This document shows positions 44,875 to 54,676 of a DNA stretch of 64,000 bases, piece by piece (position 1 is the stretch's first letter; each line of letters begins with the position of its first letter). Both the position numbers and the translations under genes were made by a program. The notes under the pieces were generated by a model. It did not search any database. It saw only the letters and a list, made by a program, of their open reading frames with translations, and was not told the DNA's origin. The stretch covers positions 67,994-131,993 of the forward strand of contig JAGTRI010000001.1 of NCBI GenBank assembly GCA_018397065.1, given 5' to 3'. This DNA is from Candidatus Bathyarchaeota archaeon. Its GTDB lineage: Archaea; Thermoproteota; Bathyarchaeia; Bathyarchaeales; DTEX01.

Positions 44875-45666
44875 TTATTGATCGATTTTTTCTGGAAATT
44901 TTTCTAAACAACAAGCTTCGAGAATAAACTTGAAATTACTTGTTGTTGGGCCCTTTTTGTAATTACGCAAGGCTTGAAGAAGAGAAGATGCGTTTAAGTT
45001 AACAATCTTTTTTCTCACAATCTCCGAAATTTTGCCCCTCATAAAAAGATAATGGCAAATAGAGGTCACATTCGAAACTCTTCTTTGAGTACTTGCAGCT
45101 TCGAAATCCAAAATGCAAACCTCGTTGTTGGGTCGAACAATTATGTGTTTTGACGCGTTGCCAAGTTCCCCATGGTCAACTCCAACCTTGTCAAGCTTCC
45201 AACACTGCTCTAAAATTTGCCTTAGAACCCTTTGAACCACAGCATCTTCTAAGTCGTCAAGGTTTTTAATCCACTCCGAAAAAGATTTTCCTTCAATAAG
45301 CTCCATCAACAGGAGGTTTTGAGAATAGCCTAACAGTTTTGGACCTACACCAACCTTGTTTACTTTTAGTAAAATTTCTGCTTCGTGTTGCATGCTTGTT
45401 CTTCCAGAGTCAGTTCTTTTAATCTTCAAGGCAGCTTTTCCTAAGTCTGTCTTGGCTAAGACAACGATCCCAACGTAACCTTTACCAAGCACATTGACAT
45501 TATCGATTTTCTTTGGTCCTTCAAAACATAATGCTTTTACACCTAGCTTTTGCATCTCAGCAAGTTTTTTTCTTGTATCTTCTAGGTCGGCTTTAGGGTA
45601 ACTGACAATTCGTAAATACGCTTCCATTTCAAGACGGTCCAAAGTAATAATGTCGCGCATAATCAA
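44875..45666 (-). CDS. RIO/Bud32-like atypical Ser/Thr protein kinase
   Basis: Gly-loop 'LGKGYVGIVV', 'ALKIKR', catalytic-loop-like 'HGELGNASKHIIV' and 'ILDFEAAS'. Confidence 0.6.
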   Translation of the reverse strand: MIMRDIITLDRLEMEAYLRIVSYPKADLEDTRKKLAEMQKLGVKALCFEGPKKIDNVNVLGKGYVGIVVLAKTDLGKAALKIKRTDSGRTSMQHEAEILLKVNKVGVGPKLLGYSQNLLLMELIEGKSFSEWIKNLDDLEDAVVQRVLRQILEQCWKLDKVGVDHGELGNASKHIIVRPNNEVCILDFEAASTQRRVSNVTSICHYLFMRGKISEIVRKKIVNLNASSLLQALRNYKKGPTTSNFKFILEACCLEKFPEKIDQ

Positions 45667-45723
45667 ACGCCATAAATGCTTACAGAAGCCTTCATTAGAA
45701 AAAATTAGGCACGGTTCAATAAA

Positions 45724-47154
45724 TCAATATAGCCATCTTGGTTTGCCTTCAAGAAATTCTGTAAAGAAAATAGCAAAATCGCGGTTGTGAACATAAAAAT
45801 TTTTGATTTCCACGTCTACCCAAATTTCTAGAGACGATGCAAAAGCATCCAAAACCATGCTGGCAATTCCAAGTTTTTCTCTATCTTTGTCCAGTTTTTC
45901 GCGAAGAAAAGTAACAACGTCCACGTAACTTCTTTGTCTATCCACTATCCAGTGGTCGTCCTCAATTCTTGGGCCTGAGAAAGTTCTTTTAGACTTTAAA
46001 TATTTTTCAAGAAATTTTTCGCAGTCTTCTTTTTTCCAAACGGGTGGACCAACGTGTCTTTCAACAGCAGGTAAATAACGAGAGTCAACCTCGAACAGAA
46101 AGATGTTTGCTGATTTCTCGTCGCTCCAAACATTGTGCCGAATAATATTGAAGCCGCATCCGGTAAGAGTCTTTATTAATGCTTTTTGAGATCGGTATAA
46201 TTGTCCCCACAATACATCGGGAACAGCTGAAATCGCCCTTGTTTTTAAGAAGATAAATGTTGTTCCTCTGGACTTCATTTTTTTGTCGATTGCATCAAAA
46301 GGCCAAGGCTCAATAGGCTTTGGATAAAAAAATTCTATTCTAGGATTTTTTAAGAACTGTCTAGACGCAGCAATGAACTCGCTTAGTCTTTCAGGTTTCA
46401 CTGCTGAAGCAACGTTTCTTCCTTTGTCAACGGGGTCTACGACAATTAAACGTTCGGAAAACACTTGCTTGGCTTCCGCTTCTTGGCCTTTAAAATGGTT
46501 TTCTATGTCAATAACCTCATATTGTTTCCAGTCAGCAGCGGACTTCAAGAGATTGATGAAACTGCCGTAATATAGGATAAGAACCTCGCATAGGTATCCG
46601 CTGAATCCTCCAACCTTAATTTCTGCACCATATGTGCCTATGCCCCGCATAAACCTTTTAAGCAGTCGAACTTCCTTTTTTGTTTCTTCAGTTAAGTGTT
46701 TCTTTACGTACTGCGTATGAAAAGGCGTTCTGTCAACGGAAGATTCAGCATGTTCTGCGGATGAAACCTTGAAGCATGGAACAAAATCAACTGTAAACCC
46801 ATCGACTTTAGCCTCAATATATGGATGCTCAGCATAGGCCTCCAAAAAATTTTTTCCAACAACCTTTTTAGCGACATTCAGAACATTAGTGAAGACTTCT
46901 CTGTTTTGGCCTTTATGGACGAGAATGAAGAGGTCTATGTCTTTTTCTTCAGTAAGCCAAGTGTCCTTCGCAATTGACCCCTCAACTTGTACTTCTGCAT
47001 CAAGCCCATTCTTATTTAGTTCTTTTTGAAGATTTGTTATCAATTTACAGCAGAACTGAACTATTTTTTCCTTTTCTTTTCGGCTTGGAGTTGTTTTCCT
47101 AAGGACTGTTTCACATATTTCTCTTATTGCATCTTGATTACTTGTTTGACTCAT
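45724..47154 (-). CDS. cca: CCA-adding enzyme (archaeal class I tRNA nucleotidyltransferase)
   Basis: 'VEGSIAKDTWLTEEKDIDLFI' is a pol-beta-type G-S...D-x-D motif. Length and overall layout fit archaeal CCA enzymes. Confidence 0.85.
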   Translation of the reverse strand: MSQTSNQDAIREICETVLRKTTPSRKEKEKIVQFCCKLITNLQKELNKNGLDAEVQVEGSIAKDTWLTEEKDIDLFILVHKGQNREVFTNVLNVAKKVVGKNFLEAYAEHPYIEAKVDGFTVDFVPCFKVSSAEHAESSVDRTPFHTQYVKKHLTEETKKEVRLLKRFMRGIGTYGAEIKVGGFSGYLCEVLILYYGSFINLLKSAADWKQYEVIDIENHFKGQEAEAKQVFSERLIVVDPVDKGRNVASAVKPERLSEFIAASRQFLKNPRIEFFYPKPIEPWPFDAIDKKMKSRGTTFIFLKTRAISAVPDVLWGQLYRSQKALIKTLTGCGFNIIRHNVWSDEKSANIFLFEVDSRYLPAVERHVGPPVWKKEDCEKFLEKYLKSKRTFSGPRIEDDHWIVDRQRSYVDVVTFLREKLDKDREKLGIASMVLDAFASSLEIWVDVEIKNFYVHNRDFAIFFTEFLEGKPRWLY

Positions 47155-47182
47155 GCTTGGTTCTTTCCTATTGGCTTACTTT

Positions 47183-47752
47183 TCATTTAACTTTTCCGTG
47201 AGTTTCTCTTAAAACTGAATATATTGGTCCTTGTGGTGTGAGAACACTTTTCTTTAACCTTAGACATTTGGCTGTGACTGTGCCAAACTCGTAATCAGCA
47301 AGACTGTTCAACTCCTTCACTAACAGCTCCTTGTTTTTGCCTGTTCTAACACGCGCAATCGTAAGATGAGGGTTGAAGCCTTTATAATCCTGTTTAAATC
47401 CAAGTTTCAGTAACCTTGGCTCTAGCTGGTTAAAGATCGCTCTTAATTCATTATTGCCTTGGCGAATACCAGCCCATATGATGCTTATTCGCCGAAGATC
47501 TGGGAAAGCACCAACTCCTTTTATCTTTATCTGGAACGGCTCAAAGTAGACCTGCTCCATTTCACTGTAAATTTTGTCGATCATGGTAACAGTTATGTCT
47601 CCAAGAAATCTCAAAGTTATGTGGACGTTCTCAGGCTTAACAAGTCTAAGGTCGGCACCTGTCCTGCTTATCATCTCTTGAACTTTCGCTAAATTCTCAA
47701 GAACAGTAACGTCATCGATGTCGAACGCGATGAAACTGCGAATCATCTCCAT
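47183..47752 (-). CDS. thpR: RNA 2',3'-cyclic phosphodiesterase (2H / LigT family)
   Basis: Two H-x-T-x motifs, 'HITLRF' and 'HLTIAR'. 189 aa. Confidence 0.85.
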   Translation of the reverse strand: MEMIRSFIAFDIDDVTVLENLAKVQEMISRTGADLRLVKPENVHITLRFLGDITVTMIDKIYSEMEQVYFEPFQIKIKGVGAFPDLRRISIIWAGIRQGNNELRAIFNQLEPRLLKLGFKQDYKGFNPHLTIARVRTGKNKELLVKELNSLADYEFGTVTAKCLRLKKSVLTPQGPIYSVLRETHGKVK

Positions 47753-47959
47753 ATTAATCCAGATCCTATTTTAGGTTGTTACAAATGTATTACCATACTG
47801 ATAACTAAATATATTAGGATTTAACATTCGTAATAAATAATGTTTTTTGATGGAACTTTGTAAAACTTTTTTGGCATCGGACATTATGTGAAGACAAACA
47901 ATTTAGTATGAGGAGAATATTACAAATAAGCTGTTATCATATGTCTCTCGGATGGCTGG

Positions 47960-48541
47960 ATGATGCAAGTGAAAAACCGAATCATGATTGGCATAACTGG
48001 AATGCCGGGTTCAGGAAAGGATATTGTTAAAGAGGTTCTTCGCGAACTTGGCTTTTCAATCGTTGTCATGGGCGACGAAGTTCGAGTTGAAGCTGACCGC
48101 CGAAATTTGCCTCACACTCCAGAAAATCTTGGAAAAATTATGATTCAACTTAGGAAAGAAGAGGGAGAAGAAGTTTTGGCGAAAAGATGTTTACCAAAAA
48201 TTAGGGCACTGCAATCTCAGTTCGTAGCTATTGATGGCATCCGCAGCTTAGCAGAGGTCTCAGAATTCAAAAAAGAATTACCAAATTTAAGAATCATTGC
48301 GGTTCATTCATCCCCTAAGACAAGATTTGAACGTTTACTTAGAAGGAATCGAAGTGACGATCCTAAAGATTGGAGTACATTTATTAAACGTGACAAACGT
48401 GAACTTAGTGTGGGATTAGGTAACGTTATAGCGACGGCTGATTTAATGATTGTTAACGAAGGAACACTAGATTCATTTAAAAAAGAAATAAGGCAATTAA
48501 TTCAAAAGGAGTTCCAAGTATGGGCGAAATCGGAGAAGTGA
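47960..48541 (+). CDS. P-loop nucleotide kinase-like protein (UPF0200 / dephospho-CoA-kinase-like)
   Basis: 'IGITGMPGSGKD' P-loop. About 190 aa. Followed by a UPF0201-like gene with a 22-nt overlap. Confidence 0.65.
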   Translation: MMQVKNRIMIGITGMPGSGKDIVKEVLRELGFSIVVMGDEVRVEADRRNLPHTPENLGKIMIQLRKEEGEEVLAKRCLPKIRALQSQFVAIDGIRSLAEVSEFKKELPNLRIIAVHSSPKTRFERLLRRNRSDDPKDWSTFIKRDKRELSVGLGNVIATADLMIVNEGTLDSFKKEIRQLIQKEFQVWAKSEK

Positions 48542-48933
48542 AACTTAACATCGAAGTAGAAGTTAACACAACAGAAGACTCTAACAAAGTAAGAGTTGCA
48601 GTTCAAAAAATATTCGGAAATCTGGACCTCGTAGAAGTCAAAAATGGAGACCAATCAAGATTAGTTAGTAATGCTGAAGGACTCGAGGCACTTGAAGCCT
48701 TTCATGAGCTTCTAAGAAAGGAAAGAATCCTAGATGCTGCACGAAAAATGCTTTTCAACGGGTTAAAAGGAAAAACAATAACTTTTTTCCTTAATAAGCA
48801 GGCTGCCTATGTTGGGCACATCTCTTTTTCGCAACCTGTTGGCGAGTCGCCACTTGGTCCCATACGCGTTGAGGTTCAATGTGACAATCCGAAAGGTCTT
48901 ATAGATGGGTTAACACCGAAAACCCGACAATAA
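48520..48933 (+). CDS. UPF0201-like predicted RNA-binding protein
   Basis: 137 aa. 'ERILDAARK' and 'FFLNKQAAYVGHISF...PLGPIRVEV' match my recollection of the archaeal UPF0201/COG1931 family. Confidence 0.55.
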   Translation: MGEIGEVKLNIEVEVNTTEDSNKVRVAVQKIFGNLDLVEVKNGDQSRLVSNAEGLEALEAFHELLRKERILDAARKMLFNGLKGKTITFFLNKQAAYVGHISFSQPVGESPLGPIRVEVQCDNPKGLIDGLTPKTRQ

Positions 48934-48943
48934 GCGGAAGTGT

Positions 48944-49732
48944 GTGGAAATGAAAATTGGTTTGTCAACGCTTTTTTGTTTTGAACAGCCTTTTACGACA
49001 ATGTTGAAATATCTTGAGACAATAGACGTTGAAAACATTGAATTGATAGATGATGGACAACACGCGTTTAACGAGTCCAGAATTAAGACTTTAAAAGAAA
49101 CAGTTAAAAAAAGAGGGTTCGAGACCTCAGTTCACGCTCCTTTTATGGACGTAAACATTGCGTCATTTTCTAAATCTGCAAGAGCATCCGCTATGTTACG
49201 ATTAAAACAGTCAATCCAATATTCAAGTGAGCTAGGCTCAAGGTACTGGGTTTTTCATCCTGGCCTGCAGACTGATGTCGGCCAATTTTCACCCGCACTG
49301 GATTGGAAGACCAATCTTGAGTCTGTTCGAGAGATAATTGATTTTGCTGAGAAATTCGGGATAACAGCAACAATTGAAAATGGGCTTCACCCTTTACCTT
49401 TTCTTTTGAAAACGGCAGATGATTTTCTACGTTTCTATGAGGATTTCGGCGAGACAAGCATAGGCCTAACTTTAGACATTGGGCATGCAAACGTCAACAA
49501 TCAAATTGACTGTTTCTTTGAAAAGTTGCCAGAAAAAATTGTTCATGCACACTTGCACGACAACCATGGAAAATTTGATGAACACCTTGGGCTAGGAGAT
49601 GGGAATGTAGACTGGCAAAAAACTGTAAGAACCTTCAAACGAATAAGCTTTAAAGGGACATTAGTCATTGAATCTACGAAAAACGTAGAAGAAAGCATCC
49701 AAAGACTCAAAGAACTGATTATCCATCCGTAA
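48944..49732 (+). CDS. sugar phosphate isomerase/epimerase (xylose isomerase-like TIM barrel)
   Basis: 'VHAPF', 'WVFHPG', 'IENG', 'DIGHAN' and 'HLHDN', the pattern of the AP-endonuclease-2/TIM family. Confidence 0.7.
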   Translation: MEMKIGLSTLFCFEQPFTTMLKYLETIDVENIELIDDGQHAFNESRIKTLKETVKKRGFETSVHAPFMDVNIASFSKSARASAMLRLKQSIQYSSELGSRYWVFHPGLQTDVGQFSPALDWKTNLESVREIIDFAEKFGITATIENGLHPLPFLLKTADDFLRFYEDFGETSIGLTLDIGHANVNNQIDCFFEKLPEKIVHAHLHDNHGKFDEHLGLGDGNVDWQKTVRTFKRISFKGTLVIESTKNVEESIQRLKELIIHP

Positions 49733-50651
49733 GATTTTTTAATGGAACATCGATTCTAAGGAAATCCTCAGCTATTATGGTATTCGGAAAAACTTTTTTC
49801 GCTTGCTGTAAAAGAATTTCTGGGTCTCCGTAACGAGCACTAATGTGCGTTAATATAAGACGTTTAACACCGGCTTTCTTTGCTATTGTAGCTGCTCCAC
49901 TCGGGGTTGAATGCTTATCCTCTTCTGCCCGGTCAAGAAGGTCGTCAGCAAACGTAGCTTCATGAATTAAGACATCTGCCTTCGAAGCAAATTTTGCAAT
50001 AGCTTCCGAAGGTCTTGTATCGCTAACAATCACAATTTTTCTGCCAGGTCTTTCAGGATCCACTACATCCAGCGGCTTTATTATTCGGCCATCTTCCAAT
50101 TTTATTTTTTTGCCATCTTGAAGTTTACTCCACAATGGTCCCTTAGGAATTCCCAAAGCAGCCGCTTTTTCAGGATGGAACTTTCCCGGTCTGGGTTTTT
50201 CGATTAAGGCGTACGCTAAACATGGAATTGAGTGATCGGCCCATGTTGATTGGATTTCGTATTCTTTTTCTCTTAAAACTAACCCTTCATTTTGTATTTC
50301 ACACGTTTCAATTGTGAAGCTTAGAGAAAACTCAACTATTGTAATTATTGCTTCTACAAAGTTCACGATGCCTTTTGGCCCAAAAATCTGAAGAGTTTTG
50401 TTTCTTCCAAGAAGCGACATTGTTTGAAGAAGTCCAGGCAACCCTAAAACATGGTCTCCATGCATGTGCGTAATGAATATTCTTGTCTTACGGTTAAAGC
50501 CAATTTTTGCTTGAATCATCTGTCTTTGTGTACCCTCGCCACAATCAAACAGGAAAAGTTCGCCTTGTCGTTGAACAGCAACTGATGAAAGTGCACGTGT
50601 TGAAGTAGGGATGCTTGCGGCGGTTCCTAAAAATGTAATTTGTAAACTCAT
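49719..50651 (-). CDS. rnz: ribonuclease Z (tRNA 3' endonuclease)
   Basis: 'LQITFLGTAASIPT', 'LFDCGEGTQRQM' and 'ITHMHGDHVLGLPGLL'. Confidence 0.88.
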   Translation of the reverse strand: MSLQITFLGTAASIPTSTRALSSVAVQRQGELFLFDCGEGTQRQMIQAKIGFNRKTRIFITHMHGDHVLGLPGLLQTMSLLGRNKTLQIFGPKGIVNFVEAIITIVEFSLSFTIETCEIQNEGLVLREKEYEIQSTWADHSIPCLAYALIEKPRPGKFHPEKAAALGIPKGPLWSKLQDGKKIKLEDGRIIKPLDVVDPERPGRKIVIVSDTRPSEAIAKFASKADVLIHEATFADDLLDRAEEDKHSTPSGAATIAKKAGVKRLILTHISARYGDPEILLQQAKKVFPNTIIAEDFLRIDVPLKNLTDG

Positions 50652-50659
50652 TTAGTCAT

Positions 50660-51706
50660 TCACCGAGCCAACTGAAAGACTACTATTTCCCGTGTTAAGC
50701 TTCTATGAATATAAATAAAATGTGACTCGATGTGCCTGAAGCCTAATCGCTCCCCAATTTCCTTAGCATTAACAGTTTTGGGAGCGGCGAAACAAATTCT
50801 ACCACCGTTCTTGATTAGTTTTGCTGCCACTAAAAGAAATCCCTCGAATACTTCGCGTCTTTCAAGGCCCAGAGTAGTTGCTGAAGTTCCATAGGGAGGG
50901 TCTGTGACAATGCAATCAACCACCCTATAACGGAGAGGTGGACTTCGTATATCAGCCACCATTAACCCATCTGGACTGACGCCATATAATGCTAGGTTTC
51001 TGAAGCTTCCTTTAACCATAGATCTTAATACGTCAAACCCGAGAACTCGGCAGCCAACTAGACTGGCTTCGAGAAGAAAGCTTCCTGTTCCGCAAAAAGG
51101 ATCCAGCACAACATCTCCAGTTCTAGCTTGAGTCAGATTAACCATGCATCTTGCAAGTTTCGGCGTCATCTCAGCTGGGTGAGTGAAAACCTTGCCTGCT
51201 CCGCCGCGCTTAATGAACTCTTTCGCTTTGACCTCAAATTTCTTTATTCCGAAAAGAAGGTATCCTTCAGACAGTAGGCATAGAAAGGTTTTATGCGGGT
51301 TTTTAAGGCTAACCTTTATTCTCTTTATCTTAGTTAGGATTCTGTTTCCAAGTTCCTTCTCCAATTTTTCTCTTTTAATTTCGATAGAGCTTCCCCTAAT
51401 TCTTTTAACACGGACAGCGAAACTCTCACCTTCGTCCAGATATGGTGTGATGTCAGATTTCTCAAAGCACCGTTCAATCTCTTTCATTTCAGCTTTACAT
51501 TTGAAAATTTCTATTCCGCATATTCTTGTCATTGAAGCCCTGCGTTGAACAATTTCTAAACATTTTGGGTCGGCTTCGATTCGGAAAATTTGTGGTAGAC
51601 TGCTTAGTGTTTTGTAAACAATTTTTTCGGACTCTAAGATTGATTTAATTTCAGAAGTAGGCAGAGTAGGATTTTCGCCTGAAACTAGAAAGAATATCGT
51701 TGCCAC
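50660..51706 (-). CDS. THUMP-domain tRNA (guanine-N2) methyltransferase, Trm-G10/Trm11-like
   Basis: N-terminal THUMP-like half. SAM motif 'VLDPFCGTGSFLLEA' and catalytic 'VTDPPYG'. Confidence 0.75.
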   Translation of the reverse strand: MATIFFLVSGENPTLPTSEIKSILESEKIVYKTLSSLPQIFRIEADPKCLEIVQRRASMTRICGIEIFKCKAEMKEIERCFEKSDITPYLDEGESFAVRVKRIRGSSIEIKREKLEKELGNRILTKIKRIKVSLKNPHKTFLCLLSEGYLLFGIKKFEVKAKEFIKRGGAGKVFTHPAEMTPKLARCMVNLTQARTGDVVLDPFCGTGSFLLEASLVGCRVLGFDVLRSMVKGSFRNLALYGVSPDGLMVADIRSPPLRYRVVDCIVTDPPYGTSATTLGLERREVFEGFLLVAAKLIKNGGRICFAAPKTVNAKEIGERLGFRHIESHFIYIHRSLTREIVVFQLAR

Positions 51707-51744
51707 ATTGTAATCCTCTTTAAAAAGATATCATAAAAACAAGT

Positions 51745-53013
51745 TTACTTGTGTCTCAGCTGTTCAATCAACTCCTTTGCCCTGTCCATCCTTATCTTTC
51801 TTTCTTCAACCATCTTCTCCGAGACTAAATCAATGAGGTCCCCTGTTGCCCCTGCCATAATAGCGATGTTTCGTGCATGAAGAGACATGTGGCCTCTTTG
51901 GATGCCTTCATGGGCAAGAGCCCTTAGAGCTCCAAGATTTTGCGCCAATCCAACTGCTGCCATCACCTCTCCAAGTTCCCGAGCAGACTTGACTCCAAGA
52001 ATCTTAAGGGCAATACGACTAACTGGATGAACCTTAGTTGCCCCACCTATTATGCCTACAGCCATTGGCAGCTCAATTGACCCAACTAGATCACCTTTCT
52101 CATTTTTTTCCCAAACTGAAAGAGGCTGATATCGTCCAGTTCGAGCGGCATAGGCATGGGCTCCTGCCTCAACAGCTCTATGATCGTTACAGGTCGCAAT
52201 GACCACGCCTATTACGCCATTCAATATGCCCTTATTATGGGTTGCAGCTCTATACGGGTCTCCAGCTGCAAAGGCGTAAGCCTCAACGATTCCGTCAACA
52301 ACCTCTTCTCCGCCTACTGCTTCTTTGTCTATGACTGTCCAAGCTCTTGCTAGTCGTTCAGTTGCAAGGTTCGAGATGATTCTCAAGAACACTTTACCCT
52401 TGGTGATCCTTTCAATAATTGGCGCAACAGCTTCCACCATCGTGTTCACAGCATTAGCACCCATTGCGTCCCTACAGTCAACGAGCAGTTCAGTTATTAC
52501 CATCTGGCCACGCGGCGTGTCAATAACCTTGACTTGAAGATCTTTTGCTCCTCCGCCAACTGAAACTAGAAGTGGATCTTGGTCATTAGCCTTTTTGAGG
52601 ATTTCTTCCTTTGCATCCAAAATTGCCATCTTCGCCCTGTATGGGTCTGAAACTTTAACTGTCTGAATTTGTCCTCTCATGACAGGTTCTGTGCTACTTG
52701 TGAAAAAGCCTCCCTTGCTTCTAGCCATTTTGGCAGCGTAGCTTGCCGCTGCAACAACCGAGGGCTCCTCAATTGCCATTGGAATAAGATAATCTTTGCC
52801 GTTAATCAGAAAGTTTACGGCAATTCCAAGGGGCAACGGAAAGGTTCCAACGACATTCTCAATCATGCGGTCAGCTAAATCTAATTGCAGGCTGCCTGTG
52901 GATTTTAAGAGATTTACTTCTTCATCGGTTAAATTGGCAAACTCTTTGACGGCCTTTAATCTTTCGTCTATAGTAAGCTTGTAGAAACCTGAAATTTGTG
53001 AAGATTTATCCAA
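51745..53013 (-). CDS. hmgA: hydroxymethylglutaryl-CoA reductase, class I
   Basis: 'ISGFYKLTIDERL', 'EEPSVVAAAS', 'DAMGANAVNTM' and 'GGATKVHP'. Start reassigned to the in-frame TTG at 53013, which has GGAG 8-12 nt upstream and gives 'MDKSSQISGFYKL'. The track ORF extends 74 aa further and would overlap the divergent gene. Confidence 0.85.
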   Translation of the reverse strand: MDKSSQISGFYKLTIDERLKAVKEFANLTDEEVNLLKSTGSLQLDLADRMIENVVGTFPLPLGIAVNFLINGKDYLIPMAIEEPSVVAAASYAAKMARSKGGFFTSSTEPVMRGQIQTVKVSDPYRAKMAILDAKEEILKKANDQDPLLVSVGGGAKDLQVKVIDTPRGQMVITELLVDCRDAMGANAVNTMVEAVAPIIERITKGKVFLRIISNLATERLARAWTVIDKEAVGGEEVVDGIVEAYAFAAGDPYRAATHNKGILNGVIGVVIATCNDHRAVEAGAHAYAARTGRYQPLSVWEKNEKGDLVGSIELPMAVGIIGGATKVHPVSRIALKILGVKSARELGEVMAAVGLAQNLGALRALAHEGIQRGHMSLHARNIAIMAGATGDLIDLVSEKMVEERKIRMDRAKELIEQLRHK

Positions 53014-53180
53014 AGTTGTTTCTCTCCATATTCGAATAGAAACGATGCTGAAATATTTTACTGGTCTATAGAATATGAAACTATCGAAACATCTCGCAAA
53101 AATGTCCAACGTTCTGGTCATGTTATTGCTAAGGAAAAGTTTAGAAGCGAATATCGATTCTTTATTTTTTGGCGAAGTGT

Positions 53181-53714
53181 ATGTTCTGTCCAAATTGCGG
53201 GAAAGAAATTGACGAAAGATCCAATTATTGTCCATATTGCGGGTTTAAAATATCTTTTGCGCAAAATCTGGCAGTTGAGGACATAGTTCGAAACGTAATG
53301 ATAAGGCGTATAGACGGAATCAAGAATAAAGATCCGAACATCATTGCTAGTATAGTGCTAAAAGAGAAGTATACAAAGTTTGATGATTGGCCGCCTTTCG
53401 AGCTTCAAGAATCTGAGGCGTTAGAAAGTGAAGCGAAAGCTTTGAAGGTGCTAAGTGAATACGAATATGAGACTAGGTCGTGGAAAACCATGGTCTTTGG
53501 AGATTTTGCGGTCACGACTTTCGTCATAAAATATAGAGGTAAGATGCGAGACCTTAACTTTGCTATACAGTCACGAGTGTCTGCCTTTCTGATTAAAATT
53601 AACGGTGACTGGAAGCTAGTTCACGAACACTGGTCCCGGTTCCCTGTGCAAATACCTGTAAGACAACAGGGGGCAACAAAAAACGGCGGTCAAGAAGGTC
53701 CAATTGTAGTCTAG
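53181..53714 (+). CDS. zinc-ribbon plus SnoaL/NTF2-like (DUF4440-like) domain protein
   Basis: 'MFCPNCGKEIDERSNYCPYCG', then an alpha+beta cone-like region ending 'GDWKLVHEHWS'. ATG at 53181 preferred over the TTG at 53169. Confidence 0.55.
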   Translation: MFCPNCGKEIDERSNYCPYCGFKISFAQNLAVEDIVRNVMIRRIDGIKNKDPNIIASIVLKEKYTKFDDWPPFELQESEALESEAKALKVLSEYEYETRSWKTMVFGDFAVTTFVIKYRGKMRDLNFAIQSRVSAFLIKINGDWKLVHEHWSRFPVQIPVRQQGATKNGGQEGPIVV

Positions 53715-54001
53715 TTTGTTGTTTTTTCCTCTTTTTCATTGTTATTTTGTGTTTCTTTCTTGGATAATGGTAATTCTGGAGGCGTGGTTGCCATTGCCCA
53801 CCCTATCCATGCGACAACTACAAGAAATAAGAAGACAATTATCAACACTGGAATAAGTAGAGCCCAATCGCTTATTGTTCTTTCTAAGAACGTAATTTCT
53901 CGTGGCGAAAAGAAAAGCGCCCAAACATAGAAAGCCATGGTCATAAAACTTAATATCAATAGCAACCATCCTTGTATGACATCTCGCATGCTTAGTGACA
54001 C
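53711..54001 (-). CDS. small membrane protein (two TM segments)
   Basis: 'GWLLLILSFMTMAFYVWALFF' and 'ALLIPVLIIVFLFLVVVAWIGWA'. Polar tail. Confidence 0.4.
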   Translation of the reverse strand: MSLSMRDVIQGWLLLILSFMTMAFYVWALFFSPREITFLERTISDWALLIPVLIIVFLFLVVVAWIGWAMATTPPELPLSKKETQNNNEKEEKTTN

Positions 54002-54138
54002 CTTTGATGATGAATAGTTATTTAAGACTTAAAACTTTCGAGTCATTAACTATTTAAACTCGAAAACCAAATAATCATCGTTACATATACTTTTATCAAC
54101 AGGGAAACTAAATATAACGTTCTAATTCAAAAACATTA

Positions 54139-54453
54139 GTGAGGTGCAATTTATTGACTGAAAAGATTAGAAAACTGCAAGGAACAGTCCATGAAATTGC
54201 TAGAACAGGTGAATTTAAAGTTGATGATGAAGGAAACAGATGGGAGAAATGCATCTTCACAATTGAACTTACGAATTTCTCAAAACGTACGCCGAACGAG
54301 GTTTTGCCGCCTCATATTAAAGGAAAAAAAATTAAGCTTGTTCGATTTTGCTGTTTTGATTGGCACTATAAACTCGGGATAAGAAAAACCTTGGATTGTG
54401 ATGAAACAGAGGCAGTCTTGTCTAATGTACGGTCTGAGACCGTTTATTGGTAG
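54139..54453 (+). CDS. hypothetical protein (104 aa)
   Basis: GTG-initiated ORF with no recognisable motif. Confidence 0.3.
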   Translation: MRCNLLTEKIRKLQGTVHEIARTGEFKVDDEGNRWEKCIFTIELTNFSKRTPNEVLPPHIKGKKIKLVRFCCFDWHYKLGIRKTLDCDETEAVLSNVRSETVYW

Positions 54454-54593
54454 TAATTTCGCTAATTTTTCCAATTTTGGGCAAAAATTTAATCCATATA
54501 TATCAATTTTCTTGTTAAAAAGGATAAGAAAATAATATTTTTTTATCATCTATTTGTTTATGATTTCAGTGCGAATACCTAACAATGTCTATA

Positions 54594-54610
54594 CTCTCAT
54601 ATATAGAGAG
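54594..54610. promoter_or_regulatory. 17-bp palindrome centred on a TATA-like element upstream of the cdv cluster
   Basis: CTCTC-ATATATA-GAGAG read directly. Its centre lies about 75 nt upstream of the start codon at 54677. Confidence 0.4.
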
Positions 54611-54676
54611 ATATTCTAAGCATAATAACAAGGTTCTAATCTAAGAGAGTCATCGTTCTATTCGAGGTGTAAACTA

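Noticed and set aside
53014-53235. A 74-aa N-terminal extension of the HMG-CoA reductase ORF (track ORF 51745..53235).
   Set aside because: The extension has no HMGR similarity and would overlap the divergent zinc-ribbon gene and its promoter. A TTG with an upstream GGAG at 53013 gives the canonical 'SGFYKL' N-terminus.
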